A DNA stretch of 64,000 nucleotides. It comes from Pelagomonas calceolata (lineage: Eukaryota). The DNA is taken from NCBI GenBank assembly GCA_918797485.1, contig CAKKNE010000002.1, positions 682,001-746,000 of the forward strand, given 5' to 3'. Made by a program: the position numbers and the translations under genes. Below, in pieces: positions 51,789 through 62,077 of the stretch (within the stretch, counting starts at the first letter, position 1; the number at the start of each line of letters is the position of its first letter). The notes beneath the pieces are model-generated. The model was given only the letters and a program-made list of their open reading frames with translations, was not told the origin of the DNA and did not search any database.

Positions 51789-53048
51789 ATGCTCCTGCGC
51801 GCTGTGGTGCAGCGCGCGCGCGGCGCGAGCCTTCGCGCCGCAAGGCCCGTTGCTGTGAGCAATGCCTCCCGGCAGTTCTCGCTCGCCCTCACCCAGAAAC
51901 CGCAGCAGCCGGCGCTCGGCCGGTTCGCGCGGTTGCTGAGCGTGGAAGACGTCCCCGTGCCGAGCATGGGCGACTCCATCACGGAGGGTACCGTCGTCGA
52001 GTGGACGGCGCAGGTCGGCGACGGCGTGGCCGTCGACGACGTCGTGGTCGTCATCGAGACGGACAAGGTGAGCGTCGAGGTGCGGACGCCGGTGGGCGGC
52101 GCGATCACGGAGCACCTCGCGGAGGTGGATGCTGTGGTCGAGGTCGGCCAGCCGCTCTTCAAGGTCGACACGGCCGCCGAGGGCGCCGCCAAGGCCGCGC
52201 CGGCGCCGGCGCCCGTCGCCGCGGCGCCCGAGGAGGCCACGCCGGCGCCGGCGGCGCCGGCGCCCGCCCCGACGCCGGCGCCGGCCCCGGCGCCGACGCC
52301 CGCCGCGCCGGCGCCGGCGCCCCCCGCCGCGGGCGAGGCCTCGCGCGCGGAGACGCGCGTCAAGATGAACCGCATGCGTTTGCGCATCGCCGAGCGCCTC
52401 AAGGAGGCCCAGAACACGGCGGCCTGCCTCACGACCTTCCAGGAGTGCGACATGGGCGCGTTGATGGAGCTCCGGAAGACGCACAAGGACGAGTTCGAGC
52501 AGGTGCATGGGGTGAAGCTCGGGTTTATGTCGGCCTTCGTCAAGGCCTCGACGGCGGCTTTATTGGAGACGCCGGCGGTGAACGCCTATATCGACGATGC
52601 GGCGAAGGAGATTGTCTATAGAGACTACTGCGACGTGAGTGTGGCGGTCGCGTCGCCCGCGGGGCTCGTGGTGCCCGTTTTGAGGAACACGGAGCAGATG
52701 TCCTTCGCTGATGTTGAAAAATCAATTCAAGCCTACGCCATGAAGGCCAGAGACGGTTCTTTATCGCTGGAGGAGATGTCGGGCGGGACGTTCACGATTT
52801 CCAACGGGGGCGTGTTTGGTTCTTTGATGGGCACGCCCATCCTCAACCCGCCGCAGTCGGCCATCCTGGGCATGCACGCGACGAAGATGCGCGCCGTGGT
52901 CAAGGACGGTGAAGTGCAAGCGCGGCCGATGATGTACCTCGCGCTCACGTACGACCACCGCATGATCGACGGCCGCGAGGCGGTCACGTTCCTCAAGTCC
53001 GTGGCGACCAAGATCGAGGACCCGGGGCGCTTCCTGCTCGGGCTCTAG
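51789..53048 (+). CDS. DLST: Dihydrolipoyllysine succinyltransferase (2-oxoglutarate dehydrogenase E2)
   Basis: Lipoyl motif [10 protein letters not shown], a PA linker, [32 protein letters not shown] and YDHRMIDG. Confidence 0.97.
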   Translation: MLLRAVVQRARGASLRAARPVAVSNASRQFSLALTQKPQQPALGRFARLLSVEDVPVPSMGDSITEGTVVEWTAQVGDGVAVDDVVVVIETDKVSVEVRTPVGGAITEHLAEVDAVVEVGQPLFKVDTAAEGAAKAAPAPAPVAAAPEEATPAPAAPAPAPTPAPAPAPTPAAPAPAPPAAGEASRAETRVKMNRMRLRIAERLKEAQNTAACLTTFQECDMGALMELRKTHKDEFEQVHGVKLGFMSAFVKASTAALLETPAVNAYIDDAAKEIVYRDYCDVSVAVASPAGLVVPVLRNTEQMSFADVEKSIQAYAMKARDGSLSLEEMSGGTFTISNGGVFGSLMGTPILNPPQSAILGMHATKMRAVVKDGEVQARPMMYLALTYDHRMIDGREAVTFLKSVATKIEDPGRFLLGL

Positions 53049-53228
53049 GGGGGCGCGTTCGTTGGGTAACGTCGTATACATCTCTCTCGCGTCGACGGCG
53101 TGGGGCGTGGCTTTCTGTTGCAGTGCTAGGACTAGTGGGCGGCGCCCCTGCACCACGCGCCGATTCATCGGCGCGCGCGAGAGAGAAAGAGTCGCTTATT
53201 GAACCCACCCCCAGGGGAGTACGCGCAT

Positions 53229-53252
53229 GCTAGCGTCCTGTAAGACACTAGC
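53229..53252 (-). promoter_or_regulatory. CTAG dyad intergenic element
   Basis: GCTAGCGTCCTGTAAGACACTAGC, upstream of ATG 53414. Confidence 0.75.
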
Positions 53253-53413
53253 AGCAAGCCAGGGTCATCTTTAAAAGCTTTGTGTCTTGGGTGCAAATTA
53301 CTGCGTGCGACCAAAAGAACAGGCGCATTAGTTGCGAGCCTCATCCGCTCAATTGTTGAGAGGCGGGCGCGAGGCCAACGCCAGGAGCAGCCCATTGGGG
53401 AGGGGGCAGCACG

Positions 53414-56400
53414 ATGCGGTCCCCGCGAAGAGAAGCGGCCTCAGCACGAAAGAAACGCCACCAGGAGCTCGCCGCGGAACGGCGGCAGCACAAGGAGCGC
53501 GCGGCGGAGGCGCGGAAGGCAACGGCCGGCGGCGGCGCCGGTGCCTTGGTCGCACGGTTCCAAAGCACCGTGGCGGCATTTCACTTAGGGGACGGTGGTC
53601 ATCTCGACGCCGCCGCGCGCGCCATCTTTACCGCGGCTGATTCTTCGGCGGCCGCCGCGCGGGCGCTCTCAGAAGCCCGCGCGCCGGAGGCGCTCGCCGC
53701 CGCGCTGGCCACCAAGCCCGCCGCGACCGGTCAATTGGGCTTGGCGTGCGGCGCCGTGTCCCGCCGCCTGCCGACCGTCGTGGCGATTCGTGCCGTCGCC
53801 GAGAATGAGAATGCGGCGACGTCCGCTCATTGGCTGAACGCGTGCGCGCGGGCGCTAGCCGTCCACTCGGCCGAGGACGGCGTCTGCGGCTCTACAATGG
53901 CCCGAGCGATCGCGTCCGCGGCACGGCAGAATCTAGACGAGCCCCACCTCGTCTTACCGTCGCTCCACGTCCTCGACCGTCTCTACAATGGTGTCGGAGA
54001 GCGACGCCCCTCGATCAACTGCGGGCGCCGCGCGTCGCTTCTGCAGCTCGGCATGAACGGGACGGGCCCGGCGCGGCTTCGTACCACGGACGACCGCCTC
54101 ATGTTCCAAATCGCGGCGGCGCTCGACCGCTTGGACGACGACGACGTCGCAACGCACGCGTTCGCGTCGCTCGTCGCGGCGGTGACACGCCATGTCCCTC
54201 GGACTGCCGCCGACGAAGCGCAACTCAAGTTAATTAGGGCGCTGGCAGCGACGCCGAACGACGACGACGAAAACGACCTGCTCGCCTCGGTCCCATCCAC
54301 AGAAATCGTCCGCCTCGCCAAGTCAGGCCGCCGCGCCGCCTGTGATACGCTCGCTTACTTGCTCCAAAACGGTGGCGCACGGACAGCAGCGGTGAGGCGC
54401 GCGCTGCGTCGCGCGGGCGACGATTCGCCCGAGCGCTGGCTGCGGGCCGCTGCGAGTCAAGTCGGTCGGAGCGCGCGGTCGTGTCTCCGGGTCGCTGGGG
54501 CCCTGGTCGCGATGAAGGGCTCGGCGTCGCTCACAACCTCGCAAGCAAATCGACGAACTGGTGACGTCGAGGAATGCCTGCAAGCGGCGCAGCTCACCCT
54601 ACAGACCGCCTCTTCGCTTATGGCGTCGCCGCAGAACGTTGCCGCTGCTTTGAACGTGTTTGCTTCCGCGGCCGATTCGGCGTGCCGCGCGGCGCGCGAC
54701 CGGGCTTTGGCGCTCGCGAGAGCCTTTGAAAATGAGTACGAAAATGACCGGGCGCCGGGCGCGCTCGGCGAGAAAGCTGCAGCTCTCGCGCTCGCGACGC
54801 TCTCGGCGCCGGAGGCGGCAGCCGATGCGTTGGAAGCCGCGCTCGGTCTGGGAGGCGGTGATGCCCAGGCCTGCTATGAGGCGCTTCGGCCCCGGAAAGC
54901 GGCCGAAGCGATCGCAACCGTCGTTGACAACGCCGCGGCGATTCTAGATCAGCGCCGCATCCAGAGCGACGACGGGGCGCCGCAGCTCGACTTCGCGGAC
55001 GAGGGCGCGCACGCGGCGGCAGCCCAGGTCCACGCCTGGTGCCGCCTCGCGGCGGCGCTGCACTCCCACGAAGCTCGAGCGCGCCCGGCAGACCCGCTAC
55101 TCCGCGAGGCGCTGCGGCCGGCAGTTTGTGCCGCGCGAGCGAGCCTCTCGGCCGCAACGCAGCTCGACCTCGACGCGTTGGATAGAGCGGTGGCCTTTGT
55201 GGCCGCCGCGACGGGCGTCGACGACGACTCTTCCTCTGACGGCGTCGTTGACAGCGCCACCGGGCGGGGCGGCTCCGGTCGAGCCGAGGATTTCCGACCG
55301 GAAGGTTCCGAACGTGCGCCAGCCTCGAATTCGGCACGCGAAGAAGAAGAGGCCTACGCGGCTGCGGCCTACGACGAAGACCGGAACGGACAGACAGACA
55401 CGATGGCGCTCCGCCGGTCGCTCGAGGGCAGCCAAGTCGCGCTACGGAGGCTCGCCGCGGACCTCGGATCGACCAACACGACGGTCGCGCCCGCGCCGCC
55501 GCCGCCGCCGCCACAGGACGCGCTCCGTCGCGCGCGTGCGCCGGACATCATCGCCGTCGACGATGCCGTACCGGCGGCGCGCGACGACGTCGCCTTCGAC
55601 GTGGCGCCGGCGGACCCGCGGTCGCCGCGGCCCGACCGGTCGCCGGCCTTCGCCGCATCCATCAAGCGACCGGCCTTCTTCGCCGACAGTGATGAAGCTG
55701 CTTTCCGTCCCGGCGGGCCCGTGCAGCACACGCCGCCCCGATCACCGGTCCAGCGCGAGGTCTTCGCTGACGACTACGACGAGGCTGAGGAGGCCGTTGA
55801 GACTGATGACGGTCAGACTGCGGACGACGAGGAGGACGACGATGTCTGTGCCGCTTGCGGTCAGCCGCCGACAATGCGTTGCCCGTGCCTCACAGCGTCC
55901 TACTGCTCACGCGAGTGCCAGCGCGCCCACTGGCGCACGCACAAACGCGCCTGCCCGCTGCGCCGGTCGCGAGCGTCCTCGCGGACCGCCTCCGAGGTAT
56001 CGGTCGCCGCTGAGCCTGTAGTAGCGGCGCAATCGACTCAAATCGGCGACCGTCGGAGCGCCGTCGAGGGAGAGGCCTACGCCGCGTCGACCGCGGCGAC
56101 TTATGATGGCTCGACCGCGTCGGGCGCCGATGCGGACACCGATGAATGGAGCAGAAGCCGGGCTTACTCGGCCGCGTCAGCACCATCGACCGCGGCGGTC
56201 TACGACGGCTCGGCCGCGTCGGGCGCCGGTGAAGACACCGACGAAGGGAGCCGCGAGGGACCCGCGCGCAGTCGCGAAAGCCCGACCCGCGACGACGTCA
56301 CGGCCGCGCGGCTCGCGGCCGCGCGCCAGGCCCAGGCCCCGGCCCCGGCCGACGGGAGCAGCACGCCGCGCGCCGAGTCGCCGCAGGAGAAGTTCGTCCG

Positions 56401-59400
56401 CGTCTGGTCTGCGGCCGACGAGGCGGCGGCGGCCGAGGTCTTCGACCTGACGACGCCGCACGAGGCCCGCGACTTCGACGCCGCTGTCGACGACGGCATC
56501 GAGGACGTGCGGCGGGACTTACGGGGGAGCATCCGGCTGGCGCCGAGCACGCCCGTCGACGACGCCGCTGGCTCGCCTGCAGCGTCGCGCGCGGCCGGCG
56601 ATCGCATCCGCGAGGCGTTTGAGTCTCGGTCGCGCGAGGCGCCAGTCCGGACGTCCGCCGAGGAGGGCCAGTCCCGGGAGGCGGCCGTCCGCGTCCGGGA
56701 GGCCTACACGGCGCGGTCGCGCGACGAGCCGGTCCTGATGGACGCGGGCGACCGCGAGGAGCCCGCCCTGACGGACGCGGCCCTCGACGCGCTGCTCCCG
56801 GCCGAGGGCTTCGCGACGCTGGCTCCTCCTTCGCCGCGGCGATCGTCGCCCCGCTTCGCCGACGAGTTCCCGATGGTCGCCGACGCCACGGCGGCAGTGT
56901 CGAGCTTCCTCTTCGGGGGGACGCCGCCGCGCGAGGGCCGCGCGGACCTCCGTCACGACGAGCGCCGCGCGGACGAGGCCGCGCCCGCACGGGTCGAGGA
57001 CGCCGACGAGTGGAGCCAGGCCGTCGACGACGCCGGCGTGCCGTACTTCGTCTCGGCGACCGGGGAGACGGCGCGCGCCGCCCCGGCGGCCTGGCTCCGG
57101 GCCGCGCGCGAAGAGCCGGGCGAGGGCGCGCAAATCCGGTCCCGGGGCAACTGGGTCGAGGCGCTTGACACATCGTCGGGCCGCGTCTACTACGCAAACG
57201 GCGCGGGCGCCGTGCAGTGGACGCGGCCGACAGTCTTTGATGACGACGACGACGAGGACGAGGACGCGCCGCAGTGGGTCTCGGCGGCGCGGCGATCGGA
57301 CGAGTTCGACGACGGCGACGGCGACGCGCGCCGCCGCGCGAGCCGCCGGTCGAGCACCGAGCTCGACTACCGCGGGCCCGCGCGTTCGACGCCGTCGGCG
57401 GCCGCGCGGCTCTTCCCCGGCGCCGGTGCCTCGTCGCCGCCGAGCGCGACGCGCGACGTGGGCGTCGGGGGCGCGTCGGCCTCGGTCCAGAGCGTCGGCA
57501 GCGGCGCTGCGGTGGTCGTGCAGAGCGTCGGAAGCGGGAACGCGTCTGCGGCGGTCCATAGTGTCGGCAGCGGCGGCGCATCGGCCTCTGTTCAGAGCGT
57601 CGGAAGCGGCGGCGCATCGGCCTCTGTTCAGAGCGTCGGGAGCGGCGTCGCATCGGCGGCGGTCCAGAGCGTCGGGAGCGGCGTCGCGGCGGCGACGACG
57701 GCGTCCGTCGGCACTGTGGCGTCGCCCGCGGTGCGCGACCAGAGCAGCGGCGGTCTTGCGTCGGCCCAGACGGCGTCCGTCGGCGTCGGCCGCGCGGCCC
57801 CGGCCGTGGCGTCGGTCGGCGTCGGGCGGCGCGCGTTCGCCGAGGTGTCGAGCGGCTCCGACGACGACGACGCCGCCGCGGCCCCGGCGCCGCCCCAGCG
57901 CGCCACCGCGGCGACCTCCACGGGCCCGCCGCCGCCGCGCACGCCGCCGCCGGCACGAGCGACCGCCAGCGCCGGCAATAGCACGCCGCGCGCGTGGGGC
58001 CGCGCGGACGCGTGGGTCGGCGACGACAGCGGCGACGACGACGGCCTCGAGGCGCTGCTCCAAGGGCACGAGGCCGGCCGCGGCACCGTGCCTCCGCCCA
58101 GGGTCGACGACGAGCCGGCGACGGACCCCCCATCCCGGAGCAGCTTCGCCGCCGCAACCGACGACGACCAAGAGGACATCTCCGTGCACGCGTGGCGGTC
58201 CGTGTCGTCGGGCAGCTCGCGGCCGTCCGCGGGGAGCCCCCGCGCGCCTGTCCGGGAGATCGCCTCAAAGAAGTCGCCGGACCACAGGCGCGGCTCGGCC
58301 GACCTCCAGGCGCGGCTCAGCAAGCTCCCGGGCTCTCCGACGAGTCCGGACCGCAAACAGGGCTCGGCCGACCTGCAGGCGCGCCTCCGCAAGCTCCCCG
58401 GCTCTCCGGCGGGACGTCCGGCGCACAAGCGGGGCTCGGCCAACCTGCAGGCGCGCCTCCGCAAGCTCCAGGCCGCGGCCCACAAGGTCGGGGCGCGCCC
58501 GGCGGCGGCGCGGTCGCCGACACGGCCGTCGCCACGCGCCGTCGAGGAGGCCGACGCGGCCTACGTGTCTCCGCGCTTCCTGCGGCGCGGCGACGGGCGG
58601 CGGTGTGCCGACGCGGCCGTGCTCGGCCAGGAGCTGCGGCGCCAGGACCAGCGCAACAAGACCGTCCTCCGGAGGCGAACGTCGATCTTCACGGCGGCCC
58701 TCGAGCTCAAGAAACTACGGGCCCAGGGCGGCGCGCTCCACTACCGCGTCTGGGACCCGCAGTCCGGGGTCGACACGTCGTGGCCGAAGAAGTACACCGG
58801 GCCCTTCGACTACGTGCCCGGGTCGGGCTCCAAGCCGCACGCGAAGCCAGCACCTACCTTCCGCTGGCGCCAGCGCGCCGACGACGAGGGCTTGCCCTAT
58901 TATGTTGATTCAAAGACGGGCGACACCGTCCGCGCCGCGCCCGAGGCCTGGGTCGCCTTTACGCGAGAGAGAGGAGACGATCTACCAACCGGCGTCGTCC
59001 GGCGCGTGGGGTCCATCTGCGAGTACCTCGACGAGAAGTCCGGTCGTGTGTACTACCACGATTCTGCGACGAGCTCGACGGCCTGGGCGCGGCCCGCCGC
59101 GTTTGCTGATGAGGAGGATCGGGCTCATGCAGTGGCGCCGCGGTCGCCGAACCGCCTCGGTGGGCTCAGAAACGCGCTGCGGCGGCGCGCGGACGTCCTT
59201 GCGATCATGGAGCGCCTCAAGGGGGCGTCGGTCAAGCTCGTGCCGCCCGAGAAGCGGAACCTCGTTGAAATGATCGACGCGCCGCCGGACTTCGCGGAGG
59301 CGCTCTCTGGCGTGCAGGCGGCGGTCGAAGCCGACGACGCGTCGGGCGTCCTTGCTGCCGTGCAGCGCCTGGTCGTCGCGTACGACAACCTGGCGGGACG

Positions 59401-59476
59401 CGTCGACGACGCCGCGGCGCGGGCTTTGCACGCGCTCGTGGAGCCGGTGTTGGGGTTGGTGCGGAGAGGGGTGTAA
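53414..59476 (+). CDS. 2020-aa protein with MYND finger and two tandem WW-like modules
   Basis: MYND finger CAACGQ...RCPCLTASYCSRECQRAHWRTHKRAC. WW-like WSQAVDDAGVPYFV / WVEALDTSSGRVYYAN...WTRP, with a second pair near the C-terminus. Confidence 0.8.
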   Translation: MRSPRREAASARKKRHQELAAERRQHKERAAEARKATAGGGAGALVARFQSTVAAFHLGDGGHLDAAARAIFTAADSSAAAARALSEARAPEALAAALATKPAATGQLGLACGAVSRRLPTVVAIRAVAENENAATSAHWLNACARALAVHSAEDGVCGSTMARAIASAARQNLDEPHLVLPSLHVLDRLYNGVGERRPSINCGRRASLLQLGMNGTGPARLRTTDDRLMFQIAAALDRLDDDDVATHAFASLVAAVTRHVPRTAADEAQLKLIRALAATPNDDDENDLLASVPSTEIVRLAKSGRRAACDTLAYLLQNGGARTAAVRRALRRAGDDSPERWLRAAASQVGRSARSCLRVAGALVAMKGSASLTTSQANRRTGDVEECLQAAQLTLQTASSLMASPQNVAAALNVFASAADSACRAARDRALALARAFENEYENDRAPGALGEKAAALALATLSAPEAAADALEAALGLGGGDAQACYEALRPRKAAEAIATVVDNAAAILDQRRIQSDDGAPQLDFADEGAHAAAAQVHAWCRLAAALHSHEARARPADPLLREALRPAVCAARASLSAATQLDLDALDRAVAFVAAATGVDDDSSSDGVVDSATGRGGSGRAEDFRPEGSERAPASNSAREEEEAYAAAAYDEDRNGQTDTMALRRSLEGSQVALRRLAADLGSTNTTVAPAPPPPPPQDALRRARAPDIIAVDDAVPAARDDVAFDVAPADPRSPRPDRSPAFAASIKRPAFFADSDEAAFRPGGPVQHTPPRSPVQREVFADDYDEAEEAVETDDGQTADDEEDDDVCAACGQPPTMRCPCLTASYCSRECQRAHWRTHKRACPLRRSRASSRTASEVSVAAEPVVAAQSTQIGDRRSAVEGEAYAASTAATYDGSTASGADADTDEWSRSRAYSAASAPSTAAVYDGSAASGAGEDTDEGSREGPARSRESPTRDDVTAARLAAARQAQAPAPADGSSTPRAESPQEKFVRVWSAADEAAAAEVFDLTTPHEARDFDAAVDDGIEDVRRDLRGSIRLAPSTPVDDAAGSPAASRAAGDRIREAFESRSREAPVRTSAEEGQSREAAVRVREAYTARSRDEPVLMDAGDREEPALTDAALDALLPAEGFATLAPPSPRRSSPRFADEFPMVADATAAVSSFLFGGTPPREGRADLRHDERRADEAAPARVEDADEWSQAVDDAGVPYFVSATGETARAAPAAWLRAAREEPGEGAQIRSRGNWVEALDTSSGRVYYANGAGAVQWTRPTVFDDDDDEDEDAPQWVSAARRSDEFDDGDGDARRRASRRSSTELDYRGPARSTPSAAARLFPGAGASSPPSATRDVGVGGASASVQSVGSGAAVVVQSVGSGNASAAVHSVGSGGASASVQSVGSGGASASVQSVGSGVASAAVQSVGSGVAAATTASVGTVASPAVRDQSSGGLASAQTASVGVGRAAPAVASVGVGRRAFAEVSSGSDDDDAAAAPAPPQRATAATSTGPPPPRTPPPARATASAGNSTPRAWGRADAWVGDDSGDDDGLEALLQGHEAGRGTVPPPRVDDEPATDPPSRSSFAAATDDDQEDISVHAWRSVSSGSSRPSAGSPRAPVREIASKKSPDHRRGSADLQARLSKLPGSPTSPDRKQGSADLQARLRKLPGSPAGRPAHKRGSANLQARLRKLQAAAHKVGARPAAARSPTRPSPRAVEEADAAYVSPRFLRRGDGRRCADAAVLGQELRRQDQRNKTVLRRRTSIFTAALELKKLRAQGGALHYRVWDPQSGVDTSWPKKYTGPFDYVPGSGSKPHAKPAPTFRWRQRADDEGLPYYVDSKTGDTVRAAPEAWVAFTRERGDDLPTGVVRRVGSICEYLDEKSGRVYYHDSATSSTAWARPAAFADEEDRAHAVAPRSPNRLGGLRNALRRRADVLAIMERLKGASVKLVPPEKRNLVEMIDAPPDFAEALSGVQAAVEADDASGVLAAVQRLVVAYDNLAGRVDDAAARALHALVEPVLGLVRRGV

Positions 59477-59568
59477 GTTGTTTCCTTTACTTGTCCGTAG
59501 CCGTCTAGAAAGACGCCACCGACACGTGCCCCTCGTATATTTGTAAATATGACCTTAATGGTAGTCTC

Positions 59569-60305
59569 CTACTCGTCACCGTTAGTCCGCGAGAAGTCTT
59601 CGACCGGTCCCGGCGGCGGCTTGAAGAACTCAACCGGTCCGTCGATCATATCGCCATCTAAAACCTTGTCCCATCCCGAGAGCGCCATACCGCTGATCGC
59701 GATCCGGCCCGGCTTAGGGCTGAAGACGACGATGCAGCTGTTGACAGTAATGCTAAAATGAGCGAGGCAGTTCGGCGCGAGAGGTTGGACCGTGCGGTGC
59801 AGGACGTGCTTCCAGCCCGCACACGCCGCCCCGGGCAGATCGATATGTTTATGGTGTTGCGTCCAATTCGTCACGAGACCGACGCGCGGCGGCGGCGCGT
59901 CGTCCGGGACTACGAGAGGAGGCGCCGTATCGTTCACTATTTTCCGAATGCCGGCCGGCGAGAATGACGGCGGGTCAACCTCCAACACTACTTGGTAATT
60001 GCCGCTCGCCGTGCCCTCGACGCCGGCGGCCTTAGGTTCGGCTGGCCGTCTACGGTCTTGAGGCGGCCGGCGAGCCACGGGTTCGCGCGGAGCATGTCGC
60101 CGGCGCGCTTCGTGAGGAATTCTACTGGCGGGTTCGTGCCTTCAAACATGTCGGCGACGCCGACGGCGGCCTCGCCGAGGTTGAACGTCTCTGTTGTCAT
60201 GAGCTCTACGGAGAATGTCGAGGGTGGTGCCGACGGCGGCGGCGTCGAGGGAGTCGGCGGCGGCGTAGAGGGCGGTGTCGTGGACGGCGTCGTGTTCTCA
60301 GACAT
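59569..60305 (-). pseudogene. Frameshifted, internally deleted CoA-dependent acyltransferase-like gene
   Basis: N-terminal ANPWLAGRL and C-terminal GLVTNWT..IDLPG lie in different frames (59988..60305 and 59569..60078). No central HxxxD domain and no plausible intron. Confidence 0.45.
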
Positions 60306-60679
60306 GATGGCTGGCTGTGGATGGCTTAAGTTGGTGGCTGCTGTGTGCTGTATTGGTGAAATCGCTCTCGTCTGCGCGAGCGCGGTAGTTATTATTATTC
60401 GTTGGGGTAGTTGTCGATGGGCTTTGTCCTTCGACGCGTAAATCTGATGTTTTGATGTGAGCGATGGCTAGATGGCTCGAGAAGCTTGTGAAAAGCGGCT
60501 GCTTTGCGGGCTCCTAGAGCAGTCTCCTAGAGACCTCGGGCATCGCCGCAAAAAGAACGGAGACCTGGTCTTAAATGCAATTAATATGTAAGAGAAGCGT
60601 AAGCGGGCGGGAATAGAAAGCGAAGACTCCTCACCTCCGCCGCGGCACGACGGCGGCCGCGTGCGCCACGAGCGACTAA

Positions 60680-61438
60680 TCACCCGCGCTTCGCCTTCGG
60701 CTCGGCCGCCGCGACGACCGCCGCGGCGTACGCGACGAGCAACCCGCCACCTACCAAAACGACCTGCGACAAGCCACCAAGCCCGTGCAGCGCCTCGGCC
60801 ATGCTCCCGCCGATCATGCCCGCGGGCGGCGCCTCGTGCCAGCCGAGGCCGATCGCGTTGCCCGAGAACAAGCACGCCGAGCCGATCACCTTCAGGGCCT
60901 GGCCCTGGCGCGACTGGATCGGGGCCGCGTGCATCGCCACCAACACAAGCGAATTGGCCACGAGGAAGCACACGGAAGCCACCTGCGCCAGGGCACCCCT
61001 GCCCGTCGCCCCTACAACCACAAGAGTCGCGCAGCCGCAGCAGCCCGTGGCGATGGCAATTCTAAGGACCAGCCGCGTCTGCCGCGTGCAGCCCGCGGCC
61101 AGGTCGGCGAACGTGACGCCCAGGCTCAGGCCCGCGAGCGCGGCTACGGTAATCGGCACCTTGACCCCTATGCAGCCGCCGGCGAAGAGCGCGAAGAGGC
61201 AGGTGACGCCGGCGAGGTAGCACTTGTCCCCGCGCGCGAGCGCCGGCTTCTTGAACGAGAGGCTGCAGTGGCCCGCGAAGAGGCTCGCGGCGCCCAACGC
61301 CTTGAGCACGGCCGGGAGCGGCGCGCCGCCCGCGTAGGCCTCGTTCAGGAGCTTCAATAAGCCTAAAAAGCAGGGCGCCGCCAGGCTCGCGGCCGTCAGG
61401 ACGCCGGGCAGGAGGACGGCTGCATTCATGCTTGCCAT
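60680..61438 (-). CDS. Hypothetical multi-pass membrane protein
   Basis: About 7-8 hydrophobic segments. ATG at 61438. Confidence 0.65.
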   Translation of the reverse strand: MASMNAAVLLPGVLTAASLAAPCFLGLLKLLNEAYAGGAPLPAVLKALGAASLFAGHCSLSFKKPALARGDKCYLAGVTCLFALFAGGCIGVKVPITVAALAGLSLGVTFADLAAGCTRQTRLVLRIAIATGCCGCATLVVVGATGRGALAQVASVCFLVANSLVLVAMHAAPIQSRQGQALKVIGSACLFSGNAIGLGWHEAPPAGMIGGSMAEALHGLGGLSQVVLVGGGLLVAYAAAVVAAAEPKAKRG

Positions 61439-61556
61439 CGCTGCGATAGCGTGATTTGTGACAGGTGCTGGGAGTGCGGCTATGAAACTGCAGCTTCTTT
61501 GCAACTTGTGCTATTAATGCGGCAAGACAAGCAGGTTTGCACGAAACGCGAGTCGA

Positions 61557-61582
61557 GCTAGCGGCAGGTAAGACATACTAGC
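61557..61582 (-). promoter_or_regulatory. CTAG dyad intergenic element
   Basis: GCTAGCGGCAGGTAAGACATACTAGC, upstream of minus-strand ATG 61438. Confidence 0.7.
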
Positions 61583-61659
61583 AAGCAAACTCGGAACGCG
61601 TATGCAGCCGTTTGAGTACCGTTCCGTTCGCTACTAGTCCAAAGAGATCAATGGGACAC

Positions 61660-62077
61660 TTCCTGGGGGGCCGAAAAAATAATTTTTTTAATTCGCGATA
61701 TTGACGGTCCCACCATGGCGGGCCGCGTCGGTGGAATCCTGTCGATTCGTGGTCCTGAGGTCTCCCCGAGGTCGTCTAGGATCATACTCGACGTGGGCAA
61801 TCGCCTACGCCGCATGCGCGGGCGCTTCCCGCTTCAGATACATCTGCCAAGATGCATCTCAAGCCAGATGTCTCCAACACAAAATGCCAAGGTTTTGGAT
61901 CCAGAGCTCTCTGGGGAGCTCCAAGTACGGGCGCATGCGGCGTAGGCGACTACCCGACCCCAGACCTATCCCAGAGGGAGCCCGAGAGCCGATCTACATG
62001 CGAAAAAAGTAAACAATTTGGGCCCGATGGCGCCCCGTTCCCGGTGAAAACGTCAATTACCCGAGGGCCCCCAGGAA
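61660..62077. repeat. Large imperfect inverted repeat (foldback)
   Basis: Perfect 19-bp arms at 61801-61819 and 61931-61949, plus nested outer arms sharing a centre near 61870-61880. Confidence 0.75.
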
